From Haplodiscus bocki (lineage: Eukaryota): DNA of 64,000 bases. This document shows positions 49,621-64,000 of the stretch, piece after piece. Positions within the stretch are counted from its first letter, which is position 1. Each line of letters begins with the position of its first letter. The position numbers were made by a program, and so were the translations under genes. The DNA lies in contig OZ296656.1 of the NCBI GenBank assembly GCA_965655095.1, positions 56,606,001 to 56,670,000 on the forward strand. The letters run 5' to 3'. The notes below the pieces were generated by a model that was given only the letters and a program-made list of their open reading frames with translations, was not told the DNA's origin and searched no databases.

Positions 49621-52600
49621 GAAACGGTCACTAATTTACACGACGCTGAACTTGACAAACGTCAACGTAAACGTCTCGATGACCCTTCTGAATATTTTTC
49701 AAAATATAGTAGCTGGAAGTTTTAGCAGATTTCTGTAACTAAACATCCAGAATTCATGCCTCAAATTTCTGAAATTAAAGAACCATCAAGCTCATTTTTA
49801 ATTGACAAAAGTCAAATAAAATAACTGAAAGTGGGAACATTATTACTCGTCCTTCAATTTATTTGCATAACACAAATGTGTCAACTGCAAGCTATTTTCT
49901 GAACATTAACCATACAACATGGTCAATTTTGAACGAACTCAATGATCCCATCCCTAAAAACTTTTTGAACGTACTTTGAACCCATAACTAACCTCCCTCT
50001 GTATCATATACTTTCATGACAATTATCCTAATTTATATTCAAATCAACAAGACCAAAAACTATAATATGTTTTAATCGATAACATTTCAAATTATCATAA
50101 TTTATGATCGAAATCCAAACTGTAAATAAATATTTAAAAAACTCTGTGTTCTTCATTTTTGGCGACTCGACTATCTTTGGTTCTTTCTCTGTTCAACTTT
50201 GAATCAAATTATTCTTTCTGACTGAGTCAAGTTCTTCCCTTTCACTCTGAAGTACAAACTTCCGATTTAACTTCTCTAACTTTCCTTGCTGAAAAAAAAC
50301 TTGCTCACAACCTCTACTAAAAACCTGGAAATTCTGCTAATAGTTTAGGCTCTGCAACAATTTTAATTCTGCTGAAATTTATTCTCACTGCAATTTTTCA
50401 TCCGTGAAATATGCACTCATTGACAATTTAACACCCCGAAACAGATACCACCATTTCTACTTGTTAGCAAAAAATAAAAGTTTTCTCATTATGAGTACCA
50501 CCGAAGATGCTTTCGAAGCTTCTCTTCTTTCCACTAAAATTGAATGTCAAGCTCTGATGGTCACTGTACTCAATGGTTATAAGGAACCTGTTTCGCCACA
50601 AAGCTCGCTCTCTGATTTTTCGCAAAGAAAACACTTTTTTTAACGAGGTCAAGAACTCTGCATATGGCTCGAACGCCTCCCTGAATGACGAAAAGGACTT
50701 TCAAGAAGCCTCTAGTAGAAGTACTTCAACTGTTATACATGATTCGAGAACTCCGCAAAAAAACTAAAATTGCTGACCTGATTCTCCAAATTCACCGAAA
50801 AAGAAATCCAATAATTTAACCGATCCTGCATTTTTAACTTCAAATATAATGCCGTCCACTCTCAAACCATCATCAAAGCCTGAGTTACATAGGGATGTTT
50901 CCTAAACATCTCGGTTAGCAACTGAAAAAATTCAATTCAACCCTCAATTGAAATCACTCTATAAGGTTTCCAAGCCGTATAATTTTCAAACAAATCCAAA
51001 TCGCTATAATAATCAATACATCTAGAATGCGTCTAAACAATTAGCTCTAATTGAGTATTGCAATGCCAATATTCAAAAAAATTTCACTCTGCAATTGAAT
51101 TTTGTGCGACCTTTTGTATTGGACTTGCATACTGATGATGTGAATCCGAACTTTGAATCTGTGAATATAAAACTTGTCCATCATGAGACATACAATTATT
51201 TTTCGAATAATGTTCCTCCCAACTTTGCAAAACATTTCGTTTTTCAAAATCAAAAGTTCGGTTCTTCATTTTCACTTCAGTTATTCTATAATTTGAAAAC
51301 TGCATGTACATTTGGCTCGCTTCGAATTTACAATCCATTGAAACAATACTATATATTTATCCCAAAATATAATCCTGATAGACCTTTAATCTTTCCAGAG
51401 GAATGTTTTTTTCTTTTGGTTATGCACAAATTGATCTTCACTGCATTCTACCCACAGTTGCTCAGCCGTATCGATAGACGTCAAAAGTTTTTGTCCACCC
51501 ACTGAAGGATTAATCTCTGAAAATAGATAACGCTCTTGCTTCGCATAAGTATTCAAATGGTGAACTTGTCTTTCTGACTGCTCAATCAGCTGCTTTTATT
51601 TCGAAAAGCCAAAATCAGCATAAAGCAAATAAACCTTTTCAATCTGTTTCTTACGCTCAAGTTACCTCTTCTCCAAAGGTTTCTGAAAAACTTTCCGAAA
51701 TTTAACATGTGTATGCTGAATCAACTGAATTTCAGAAAAAACTTGATTTCAACAAACAAATTGAAGATTTATTCGAAACATACCGGGCTAAAAACTCTGT
51801 ATAATCTGACCTTGAGTTTTTGAAAAAAGTTCTTCATTGATATTACGCTGCGTTTTTCTGTGGAAATTTGCAATTGAGTCTGAAAACCATGGAACAGTCT
51901 TTTAATGAGATGCAGTCTGCTGTCATAATACTGAAACAAGTTGGCACTAGTTTCTCCTTTTTCATAAAATGACACTGAAAGTTTTTCAATATTGAAAACT
52001 TCCTGTATAAGTAAGATGAAGAATTTTTGCTGTAATTTCTATGATTTCTCACCTCTGCAAAAATTTCCCTACCCCTGGAAAAACTCATTTGAAAAACATG
52101 AAAGTACTCAATTCTGCTTTTTCATGATCTTAATTGCTGGAGACTTCCATGAACTTCCGATTTTCATTGAATATACTTTTTCATAACTCACAATTTATTT
52201 TGAGATACACACATATTTCTTCTCATATCCACCTCATGGCGATATAGACTTCATCAACTGCATGTCACAATCAAACTGCCAAATCTTCCAAGCTCAGCAG
52301 ACAATTTCAAATCGCTGCACTCCGCATCCTGCTCAACAAAACTCTTCAAGTTCTGAAGGAAACCCCAAATGCCTGAGAGAAAACATTCTTCAACGCAAAC
52401 AACCTCCATCGCCATCGCTTCCACTTTCAATTAATCAAATTCATTTCTCCTCAATTATATCACCAAGCTGCATCTAATTTCATCATTAACAATCCGCCAA
52501 CTCATCTTCTCAACCAAAATCACTCGCTGGACAAATTTGATTAACCAAATATTACTGGTGTTGAAAAATTCAAAAACGAAGTCATCAATGTCTTCACTCG

Positions 52601-53057
52601 AACAGAATTCGATAATTCACCTCATTTTGAAATTTCCACAGATCCTACCTTTTGAGACCCTCATGAATATATCAGCCACCTTGAAAATTTTGCACAAAAT
52701 TCTGCCACTCTTTACTCTACAATGAAATTTGATGTTGATACTGAATTCTTTGCAAAAAACGACACATTGCAAGTCATTTATGCATCTTCCGATTAGTTTT
52801 CCTCTTACTCTGGAAATATTCCAAGGAAGGATCCCTTTGCAATGAAGCCTAACTTTGTTCATGATTGAATTTCAAATCACCCTGTTCCGCAGAATGGAAC
52901 TTTGAAATACTAAAATTTCATGAATTTGAACTCTCTAACTTCATAAACAATAACTCGGTGATATTAGGAACAATTAACCTGAAAGTTTTTTAAGAACAAT
53001 ATTTATAAAAAGACCTCTAATATATGCAAAGTATAATTAACTTCTGTAATAAATTCC

Positions 53058-53165
53058 AGTGGCACTGGTTCACTGGCTCACGGGCTCGCCGGCACTAGTT
53101 CACTGGCTTTCTGGCTCACTGACTATTGGTTCACTAGCTCACTGGCTCATCACATGTCACTGGAT
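53058..53165. repeat. Short-period tandem repeat (cactggct/cactggtt)
   Basis: ggcactggttcactggctcac..cactagttcactggct repeated. Confidence 0.7.
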
Positions 53166-54829
53166 TCTTCGATTGCTGGATTTCTCGCTTTCTGAATTTC
53201 TGGACTTCTGGTCCCCTGACTCTGCAAGTTCTGCTCTGCACTGGCTGGCTCTGCATTCTTTCGTTTTTTTCTTGCCCAGAAGGACGTCATCTTCCATTGG
53301 TGTAGATATAACTGTAACTGTTGCTGTTTTCCTGGAAAACGATGATTTTTCGCCCACAAATTTTGTCACTCCTCACTAGATATCCACCTCATGTGAGTCA
53401 AACCGATTGCAACCTGGCTCCAATGTCACTGCCCACGCAACCTGGCTCAGCTGTTCTTGATCACACTGCTTCACTATGCGTCATCCAAACGATAGCTGGG
53501 ATGCAACGAAATTCGCCGCGCAATTGTAAAATCTGCTCCCAGAAAACTGGTTCCAATATATAACTTGGACCCTCTTCATGGACTCTTTTCACAAAAACTT
53601 CCCGCGAGTTTTCACATTTTCAAGTTTAAACTAGTCAAGCTGTTCACTTTTTTCACACCATGCTATGATTTCTTTTAAAAATTGTTTGGCAAAGAAAACA
53701 AAGTGAACAAAACAAGCAAGACAGCACAGTCAACAACACAGAAATTAAACTTGTGAACAAAAATTTTTGAAGAAATCATTCACTTCAAATTAGTGAAGAG
53801 TTTGAAATGCTCATTTCGCAACACTGACATAGACCAAAGTTGAAATGTTTTTCATAGTGACTTGTACTTATGTAATGATACGTCATCAATCCCAATCTAA
53901 AAGTAAACTCTGAAGCTTCCGAAAGAAAGTAAAATCAACAATAAATTGGAATCAATCATTTCAAATTGATGATTGATATTTATGACTCTTTCGCACCTAA
54001 AATTAGAGCTCGAACCTTTGAAAATCTGCTAGAAAATCTAGTTATTACTTACTGAAAGCTTCTGTAGAAAGGAAAGATTCCGAAAAAACGAACATCTTTA
54101 CTACTGAAACCAATCACTAAGAACAAAAGAATTTGACAAAACCATGATAAAACTTGGAACTGAAAAGCCACTGAAACGTGACAACATTTTTTATTAGTAT
54201 GCATTAACTTTATATTTTTCATTAAAAACCCCCCGATTGTATTACATACACACTTACAAAAAGAGTTCCTGAAATATCATTGGACAACAAAGTATATCTC
54301 CGTTTATATTGTTCATCTATGACTTTTCTTGAAAAATTATGATCTAGATATCTAAATACGCTCGAAGTTTTATCCAAATAGAGAACAGTTGTTTTTCAAC
54401 AGAAATGCTGACGAAGTCTTAAAATAATAGCGTTCGCAAAGTAACATCAAGTTATTGCAAAACCATCCAGTCTAGATAAGAGTCTCTTGTAGTATTGTCT
54501 TAAGTAACACCCCCAATTAACATCTTTGAAAGTTAGAGCACTAACCACTGTTTTGTTTTATTCAAACGGAGTCTAACTAAATGCTTCACACTTTCAGTGC
54601 ATTTAATTTGCAAGCTCAATTTAATTGACATTTGAATCGAAAATTTGATTTTCCAAGTAATCCACAAAGACCAAATAGTAATGATCCATCTCGGTCCGCA
54701 ATTCCTAAAATTCTCAAACATTGCAGTTATGATTTTTTCCTTCAAGGTCTGAGTCTAACCTGTTGCACCTGCAGAGCAGCGGTTGAGAAGCCGTCGAATC
54801 TGATCCTCGCATCAAAAAGCTGATAGACG

Positions 54830-57800
54830 AATCTTCCATTAGTGCAAGTGGTTATGAATTTTATCGATATTTGAACCCATGCTTCCTTCAATTACAGGTA
54901 TCATCTCATCCATCAAGAATGACTCTTTTGAACATTTGGCACGCGTAGATGAAAATTCCGCTCGATTTTTTTTGTTTGATTCTTGAATCAACTTCTTGAA
55001 AGTCCGAGAATCCAGAAGTGTTTTTTATATATAGGTTTATCCCGAGATTGGAACTTAAGTTTTTCCTTAACTTTTCTTCGGATTTCGTAAACTAGTGTCC
55101 CAATCAAAAACACAGCATTAGTAGAGAAAGATTTGACCAAAAAACGATTCATTTCCATCTTTTCACCAGACTTCTGATAGTCCCAATTAGTTTCCAGAAA
55201 ATGCAAAAAGTGTTACTGATCTTGTTCTTCAAACTCAGTTTTCTGTGAAAAACAGGCCTTTTTACCTTAAATTTTCAATTAATTACAGAGCAATTGTTAA
55301 AACTGGGACCTTTAAACAACTACTTATCTAATCTTTTAAACAGAGTCCTGATTCTCCCAAATTTCCGATAACTACTCTCAAAAAAAGTTCATCTCAAAAA
55401 TGAAATCCTTTTCCCCATTATCCACAAGTTCTATATCATTCATCAAAATTTGAATCAAAAACCCTACAGAACAAAAAAGTCCTAATTGAAAACCCACTCA
55501 ATTTGTGTTCTGCATCAGATTTCAGAGAGTTCGAGACTTCCATTACGTGCTGTTAATTTCGATTCATCTCCACATTTAAATTCCTTTTTCTTAGACTAGA
55601 GGCGTAATTCTCTCCATCAGAGAATGATAAGGACACTTTACAATTATATAAACAATTCTGATTGGAAACCAAAATCTTTTTATCTTTTTGACGAATCTTG
55701 ATATTCTAAATTTTGTAAAAACTAATCCGAATTTTGCTTCATCTTGACAAACAACCTTCGTGTAAGTAACTACGGGTTCGATTTTCTCCTTTGTGGTCTT
55801 CATCACAACCTCAACAAAATTAAAGGATATCTCAATTGAAACACCATTCAATTAGATCTTCGCAGACGATATCTGATAGTCCGAATCTTCAAAAAGTGCT
55901 ATTTCTCCCGATTCATCTCCACATTTGAACTTTTTCCTTCTCCAATATACGCGCCAAACTTGAACCTAACTAATGTCTTGATTTCTTTCGAAGGAGTTCA
56001 ATCGAAATCTTCACAATTTCAGTGCAGGCAATTTTCGAAACTCTATTCAGTTGATATGTGAAACACAGTTTTGACACTCAGATTATTCCACAAAATCCCA
56101 TTGTTATTGATTCATGTCAGTACTCAATCTCAAAAATGTCACGAAGTGCAGGTGTGATTTTTTCCGTCAAATTCTCGGTCAAACTCGTTACACTTGCAGA
56201 GCGGCAGTTGAAGATCCGTCGACTCTGATTCTCGCATTAGAGTCCTGATAGTAGTATACTCTAAGCCTTCAAGTGGTTTTCATTTTTCTAGTTATTCGAA
56301 TGCTTGTTTCCTTCAAATACGGGTTTGATTTCTTCCGTCTTCATAGTCTCTGTCGAACATTTGAAAGTTTAAGACAAAGTTGCGAATGAAAAACTTTTCG
56401 TGTTTTTCCTGCATCAAATTGTTGCCTTTACGAAAATCGAGAAGTGCCTATGAAAAAGCTCTCAAGATGATGGAAGACATGCTTCTCCCGAACCACGGCT
56501 TGGATTTTCTACATCGAGATCTCAATCGCAAAAATTTCTTCATTTCAAAGGGATTCGAAGGAAAAACTATTCTTTTCGACAATTTCATCGATTCACTGAT
56601 AGTCCCAATTAACCCCCGGAAATCGCAATACGTTTACTCAACTCCTTCAAACTCAGTTTTGTCTATGAAACAGGCATTTTTCCCTCACGTTCTCAATTTA
56701 ATACCGAACAATTGTACAAAAAGTTATAATTGGAAACCTAATTACATTAATCTTTTCATCAGAATCCTGGTGGTCCAAAAGTTACGAGAACTACTTTCAA
56801 TAATGATTGACCTCGATATTGGAACTAATCTTTCCCGTATCACCAAGTTCGATATCTTCCATGACCTTTTGAATCGGAACCCATACAAAACGAGAATAGA
56901 TTTTAGGTAAAATCCCATTCATATTGCGTTTTGAGTCAGACTTCTGAAAGTTCAAGATTTCCAATACTTGCTGTTAGTTCTTGTTTTCTCCGCGTTCAAA
57001 CTCATTTTTTCAGAACTAAGGGCAAATTTTCTCCATCAATGAGGGAATAGGACATTCTTTACTTTTATCAACGTTTTTGAATAAAAAATACTTGTATCCT
57101 TTGTGCGGAACCTTGATTTTCTATATATTCCAAAAACTGCTACCAATTTTAGTTCATCTCGACAATCCAACTCATGTAAGTATCTCCAGGTTCTCTTTCT
57201 CCCAATTTTATCTCCTTCAAAATTTCAAGAAACAAAAGGACTGAATTGGAAATTCTTTCGATTAGGTCTTCACATAAGGTAACTGACAGTGCGGAAATTC
57301 CAAGAAGTGCTGACTCTCCTTCTCTCTCTGTCTCTCTCTCTCTCCCTCTTCGTCTTTATATTCGAACTTTCTCATCCTAGAATATAGTCGTCAACTTTGT
57401 CCCTAACTGCAGTTCTGACTCACTCCACCGGAGTTGAATCAGAAGCGTCACACCTTCTGTCCAGGTAATTTTGCCAACTCTTTTCAGTTGACATTTGAAA
57501 GATGTAGATGAAGATGCCACTGATACAATTTTTTTGTATGATTCCTGCACCAAGTTCTGGCAGGTCCAAAAGACTGGAATTGCTTTTATTGGAAGTTTTT
57601 TACAAGTTGGATGTCATGATGCTCTCAACTACAGGTTTTACTTTTTCCGTCATCAAGGTCTCTAATGATTATTTGGAAGATATAAAAATGGATTCTTCTC
57701 AAAAATTTCTTGCTTGTTTCTTGCACTAACCTTCTGAAAATCCGAAAGTACCGAAGTGAGTTAAATATAGGTTTATTCCGAGATTGGAACTCATGTTTCT

Positions 57801-60800
57801 CCCCAAGTTTAGGTTGCATTTCCTACATCAAGGAGTCAATCGAAAACAATGCATTAGAAGAAAAAAATTCATGTGAAAAACCATCCCATTGAAATTTCAA
57901 CACAGTCCAATCGGTACAAAAATTCCGAAAACTACTCACATTAACGATTCAACTCGATAGTGGAAATCATTTTTCCCATTACACCAGATTCGTGAGGTTT
58001 AATCAATATTTTTACCGAAAACCTTTTTCAACTAGAAGAGGTCTGAAATGAGAACACACTCAATTTGAACTTTGCATCAAACTTCTGAGTGTTCGAGTTT
58101 TCTATTATGTGCTGTTGAATTTGATTCGTGTGCACATTCAAACTAAACTTTCTCGAGAGTTTAGGCTTATTTTCTACTTCACTGAAAAAACAGGACGCTT
58201 TACATTACCCGAAACATTTCCGATTGAAAAATAAAATTTTTGTATCCTTATTGCGGAGTCATGATAAAATAGAAAAAATCCAGTGTCTGCTGCCAATTTT
58301 GCTTCAACTCCACATTCGAACTCATGTATGTAGATAACAGGTTGTTTCCATCCTCTGAAGTCGCAATCAAGACTTCACCAAAAAAAAGAATAAACTAATC
58401 AACCAGTCAATTATATCTTCGCAAAAGACATCTGATAGTCCGAAATTTCCTAAAAGTGCTGACTCTCTCGCTTCATCTTCACGTTCGAACTTTCTCCTCT
58501 TAAAATATAGTCGTCAATTTTGTCCCTAACTGCAGTTCTGACTTACTCCAACGGAGTTGAATCAAAAGCGTCACACCTTCTTTCCAGGTAATTTTGCCAA
58601 CTCTTTTCAGTTGACATTTGAAAGATGTAGATGAAGATGCCACTGATATATTCTTTTTGTATCATTCCAGCATTAAATTCTTGCTGGTCCCAAAACCAGA
58701 AGAACTTATAATGTAAAGTTTTTCATAAGTTGGATTTCATGTTGCTCTCAACTACGGGTTTTTTTCCGTCATCAAGGTCTCTGCTGATTATTTGAAAGAT
58801 ATAAAAATGGATTCTTCTCAAAAAATTCTTGCTTGTTTCTTGCACTAACCTTCTGAAATTCCGAAAGTCCCGAAGTGAATTAAATATAGGTTTATTCCGA
58901 GATTGGAACTCAAGTTTCTCCCCAATTTTAGGTTGGATTTTCTACATCAAGGTGTCAATCGAAAACAAGGCAATAGAAGAAGAAGATTAATGTGAAAAAC
59001 CAACCATTTGAAATTTCAAAACAGTCCACTTAGTCCAAAAAATCCGAAAACTACTGTCATTAAAAATTCAACTCGATAGTGGGGAACATCTTCCCCCATA
59101 CACCAGATTCCTCAGCTTTAACCAAACTTTTTATCGAAAACATTACCCAAATAGAAGAGGTCTCAATTGAAAACCCATTGAATTTGAACTTTGCATCAGA
59201 CTTCTGAGTGTTCGAGATTTCTATTACGTACTGTTGAATTTGATTCGTGTGTGCATTCAAACTCAACTTTTTTTTGTATTTTTATGGTTACTTTCTACTT
59301 CAATGAAAAACTAGGATGGTTTACGATACTTTAAACTTTTCTGATTGAAAACCAAAATTTTGTAACCCTTTCGCGGAATCATGATAATCTAAATAATCCA
59401 GAAACTGCGGCCAATTTTGCTTCATCTAGACCTTCGAACTCATGTGTGTAGATACAGGCTCGTTTCCATCCTGCAAGGTCTCAATCAAATCTTCAATAAG
59501 AAAAACAACTAACAAACCAGTCACTTAGATCATCGCAAAAGATATCTCATAGTCCGAAATTTTCAAGAAGTGCTAACTCTCCCGCTTCATCTTCACCTTC
59601 GAACTTTCCCCTCCTAAAACATAGTCGTCAATTTTGTCCCTAACTACAGTTCTTACTTCCTCCAAAGGCGTTCAATCAAAAGCGTCACACAATCATTCCT
59701 GGTAATTTTGCCAACTCGTTCCAGTTGACATTTGAATCATGACAACAGCAATTCAAGAATTCCACAAAACTCCACTAGTATCGATTCATCTCTGTCTTCA
59801 ATCTCAAAAAACTGTATGACTGGAGGAATGATTCCTTCTTTCAAGCTTTCAGTCGAAAAATTGAAAGATGTAGATGAAGATGCCTCTGATATAACTTTTT
59901 TTGTTTGATTCCTGCATCAAGTTCTTGCAGGTCCGAAAGACTGGAATTGCTTTTAGTGGACGTTTTTCAGAAGTTGCATTTCATGATGCTCTCAACCAGT
60001 GGTTTTGTTTTTTCTGTCATTAAGGTCTCTTTTGATTTTTTGGAAGATATAGAAGTGAATCCTTCTCAAAAAAATTCTTGATAGTTTCTTGCACTATCCT
60101 TCTGAAAGTCCAAAATCCCAGAAGTGATATGAATATATGTTTATTCCGAGTTTGGAGCTCAAGTTTCTCCCTAATTTTAAGTTGGACTTTCTACATGAAG
60201 TTGTCAATCGAAAATATCACAATAAAAGAAAAAGGTTCAGGTGAAAAACCATCCAATTGAACTTTCATCACAGTCCAACAAGTTCGAAGATTCCGAAAAT
60301 TACAATCATTAAGGATTCAACTGGATAATGGACAACATTTTCCCCATTACACCAGATTCGTGAGCTTCAATCACAGTTTTCATCGAAACTTTTTCCAAAT
60401 AGAAGAGGTTTCAATTGTAAACCCACTCAATTTGAACTTTGCATCAAACTTCTGAGTGTTCGAGATTTCTATTACCTGCTGTTGAATTTGATTCGTGTGC
60501 GCATTCAAACTAATCGTTCTCGAGAGTTTAGGTTTGTTTTCTACTTCACTGAAAATACAGGACGCTTTACATTACCCGAAACTTTTCCGATTGAAAAATA
60601 AAATTTTTGTATCCTTATTGCGGAGTCATGATAAAATAGAAAAATTCCAGAGACTGCTGCCAATTTTGCTTCAACTCCACATTCGAACTCATGTATGTAG
60701 ATACCAGCTTGTTTCCATCCTCTGAAGTCGCAATCAAGACTTCAACAAAAAAAAAAGAAAACACTAATAAACCAGTCAATAAGATCTTCGCAAAAGATAT

Positions 60801-63800
60801 CTGATAGTCCGAAATTTCCAAAAAGTGCTGACACTCCCGCTTCATCTTCACGTTCGAACTTTCTCCTCCTAGAATATAGTCGTCAACGTTGTCCCTCACT
60901 AGAGTTCCGACTTCCTCCAACGGATTTCAATCGAAAGTTTCACACATTCATTCCAGATGATTTTGCCAAATCGTTTCAGTTGACATTTGAGTCAAGACAA
61001 CAGTAAATCAAGTCTTCCACAAAGTTCCACTAGTATTGATTCATCTCGTTCTTCAATCTCAAAAAACCTTTTGACTGCAGTAATGATCCCTTTTTTCAAG
61101 TTCTCCGTCGAAAAATTGAAAGATGTAGATGAAGATGCCACTGATATATTTTTTTTGTATGATTCCAGCATCAAATTCTTGCGGGTCCGAAAACTAGAAA
61201 AGCTTATATATTAAAGTTGTTCGTAAGTTGGATTTCATATTGCTCACAACTACTGGTTTTTTTCCGCCATCAAGGTCTCTGTTGATTATTTGGAAGATAA
61301 AAAAATGGATTCTTCTCAAAAAATTTCTTGCTTGTTCCTTGCACTAACCTTCTGAAAATCCGAAAGTCCCGAAGTGAATTAAATATAGGTTTATTCCGAG
61401 ATTGGAACTCAAGTTTCTCCCTAATTTTAGGTTGGATTTTCTACATCAAGGTGTCAATCGAAAACAATGCATTAGAAGAAGAAGATTCATGTGAAAAACC
61501 AACCATTTGAAATTTCAAAACAGTCCACTTAGTCTGAAACTTCCGAAAATTACTATCATTAATGATTCAACTCGATAGTGGGGAACATTTTTCCCCGTAC
61601 ACCAAATTCCTGAGCTTTAGACAAAATTTTTATCGAAAACCTTATCCAACTATAAGATGTCTCAATTGGATACCCACTCAATTTGAACTTTGCATCAGAC
61701 TTCTGAGTGTTCGAGATTTCTATTACGTACTGTTGAATTTGATTCGTGTGTGCATTCAAATTCAACTTTTTTGAATTTTTTTGGTTAATTTCTACTTCAA
61801 TGAAAAACTAGGATGGTTTACGATACTTTAAACTTTTCAGATTGAAAACCAAAATTTTGTAACCCTTTCGCGAAATCATGATAATCTAAATAATCCAGAA
61901 ACTGCTGCCAATTTTGCTTCATCTAGACCTTCGAACTCATGTGTGTAGATACAGGCTAGTTTCCATCCTGCAAGGTCTCAATCAAAACTTCAATAAGAAA
62001 AACAACTAACAAACCAGTCACTTAGATCTTCGCAAAAGATATCTGATAGTCAGAAATTTTCAAGAAGTGCTGACTCTCCCGCTTCATCTTCACATTCGAA
62101 CATTCTTCTCCTAAAATATAGTCGTCAATTTAGTCTCTAAGTACAGTTTTGACTTCCTCCAACGGAGTTCAATCAAAAGCGTCACACATTCATTCCTGGT
62201 AATTTTGCCAATTCGTTCCAGTTGACATTTGAATCATGACAACAGCAATTCAAGAATTCCACAAAACTCCACTAGTATCGATTCATCTCTGTCTTCAATC
62301 TCAAAAAACTGTATGACTGGAGGAATGATTCCTTCTTTCAAGCTTTCAGTCAAAAAATTGAAAGATGTAGATGAAGATGCCTCTGATATAACTTTTTTTG
62401 TTTGATTCCTTTATCAAGTTCTTGCAGGTCCGAAAGACTGGAATTGCTATTGGTGGAAGTCTTTCAGAAGGTGAATTTCATGTTGCTCTCAACCACCGGT
62501 TCTTTTTTCTGCTAATAAGGTCTCTGTTGATTATTTGGAAGATATAGAAATGGATTCTTCTCAAAAAACTTCTTGCTCGTTTCTTGCACTATCCTTCTGA
62601 AAGTCCGAAATTCCAGAAGTGATACCAACATAGGTTTATTCCGAGATTGGAACTCAAGTTTCTCCCTAGTTTTGATTTGGATTTTTTTCATCAAGGTGTC
62701 AATCGAAAACATTGCAATAAAAGAAAGAGATTCAAGTGAAAAACCATCCAAATGAATTTTCATCACAGTACAACAAGTCCGAAATTTCCGAAAATTACTA
62801 TCATTAAGGATTCAACTGGATAAAGGACAACATTTTTCCCTTTACACCAGATTCGTGAGCTTCAATCACAGTTTTCATCGAAACTTTTTCCAAATAGAAG
62901 AGGTTTCAATTGTAAACCCATTCAATTAGAACTTTGCATCAGACTTCTGAGTGTTTGAGATTTCTTTTACGTGCTGTTGAATTTGATTCGTGTGCCCATT
63001 CAAACACAACTTTCCTGAGAGATTAGGCCACTTTTCTACTTCCTTGAGAAAACAGGATGCTTCACATTAATCGAATTTTTTCTGATTGAAAACCAAATTT
63101 TTTGTACCCTTTTGCGGAATCAAGATAACCTAAATATTCCAGAAACTGCTGGCAATTTTGTTTCAACTCGACTTTCGAACTCATGTATGTGGACACAGGC
63201 TCGTTTTCATCCTCTAAGGTCTCAATCAAAACTTCAACAAAAAAAGAATAAACTAATGAACCAGTCAATTAGATCTTCGCAAAAGACATCTGATAGTCCG
63301 AAATTTCCTAAAAGTGCTGACTCTCCCGCTTCATCTTCACGTTCGAACTTTCTCCTCTTAAAATATAGTCGTCATTTTAGTCCCTAACTACAACTCTGAC
63401 TTCTTCCAATGGAGTTCAGTCAAAAGCGTCACACATTCAATCCAGGTACTTTTGCCATTCCGTTTCAGTTGACATTTGAATCATGACATCAATAATTCAA
63501 GTATTTCACAAAGTCCCACTAGTATTGATTCGTCCCGGTCTTCAATATCAGAAAACTGTATGACTGGAGGAATGATTCCTTCTTTCAAGCTTTCAGTCAA
63601 AAAATTGAAAGATGTAGATGAAGATGCCTCTGCTATACCTTTTTTTGTTTGATTCCTGCATCAAGTTTTTGCAGGTTCGAAAGACTGGAATTGCTTTTAT
63701 TGGAAATTTTTCAGAAGTTGGATTTCTTGATGCTATCAACTACAGACTTTATTTTTTCGTGCTCAAAACATGTGTTGGTTATTTGGAAGATATAGAAGTG

Positions 63801-64000
63801 GATTCTTCTCAAAAATTTTCTTGCTTGTTTCATGCAGTAACAATGTGAAAGTCCGAAAGTCCAGAAGTGATGTAAATAAAGGTTTCTTCCGAGATTGGAA
63901 CTTAAGGTTCTCCCTAGTTTTACCTTGGACTTTCTACATCAAGGTGTCAATCGAAAACATCGCAATAAAAGAAAGAGATTCAAGTGAAAATCCATCAAAT
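54830..64000 (-). repeat. Tandem array of ~1.12-1.25 kb units (at least 7) of decayed protein-coding sequence; continues beyond the window
   Basis: Marker gatgtagatgaagatgcc at ~57501, 58624, 59868, 61122, 62363, 63611; more diverged units at ~54.9 and ~56.3 kb; paralogous ORF fragments recur in each unit. Confidence 0.9.

Larger units (their letters stand above)
37900..53040 (+). mobile_element. Very large decayed Ty3/Gypsy LTR retroelement (gag-pol-env plus extra 3' coding region); LTRs not resolved
   Basis: Domain order gag knuckle, PR, RT, RNase H, INT, env-like, all on the + strand with dense stops and frameshifts; boundaries approximate. Confidence 0.85.

Overview
AT-rich eukaryotic (animal) genomic DNA, mostly transposon relics; no prokaryotic features. 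The repeat landscape loosely recalls a marine invertebrate such as an acoel, but the sequence cannot prove that. Contents in order: (1) 1-9950, a decayed Polinton/adintovirus-like element (PolB, major and minor capsid, adenain-like protease, HTH) interrupted by a Helentron-like element; (2) a minus-strand BTB-BACK (kelch-like) gene fragment with a GT..AT intron; (3) a complete 12-exon minus-strand WDR34/DYNC2I2 gene (14536-29541, 561 aa) whose introns hold MITEs, a satellite-bearing element and a CRE-like non-LTR retrotransposon; (4) two APE-type LINEs; (5) a ~15 kb decayed Ty3/Gypsy element with a probable class III (gB-like) env; (6) a ~1.25 kb-unit tandem array of decayed coding sequence running off the window end. 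The main observation is that two unrelated, near full-length retrotransposons start with the same ~29-nt leader (CTAATTGTTGTGATAAACTTATTAAAT(A/G)G) just inside their target-site duplications. This looks like a spliced-leader (SL) exon copied from trans-spliced transposon mRNA. Both host genes also have TTTCAG acceptors just before the ATG and sit in a tight operon-like arrangement. Coordinates were counted by hand; boundaries of decayed elements are approximate.
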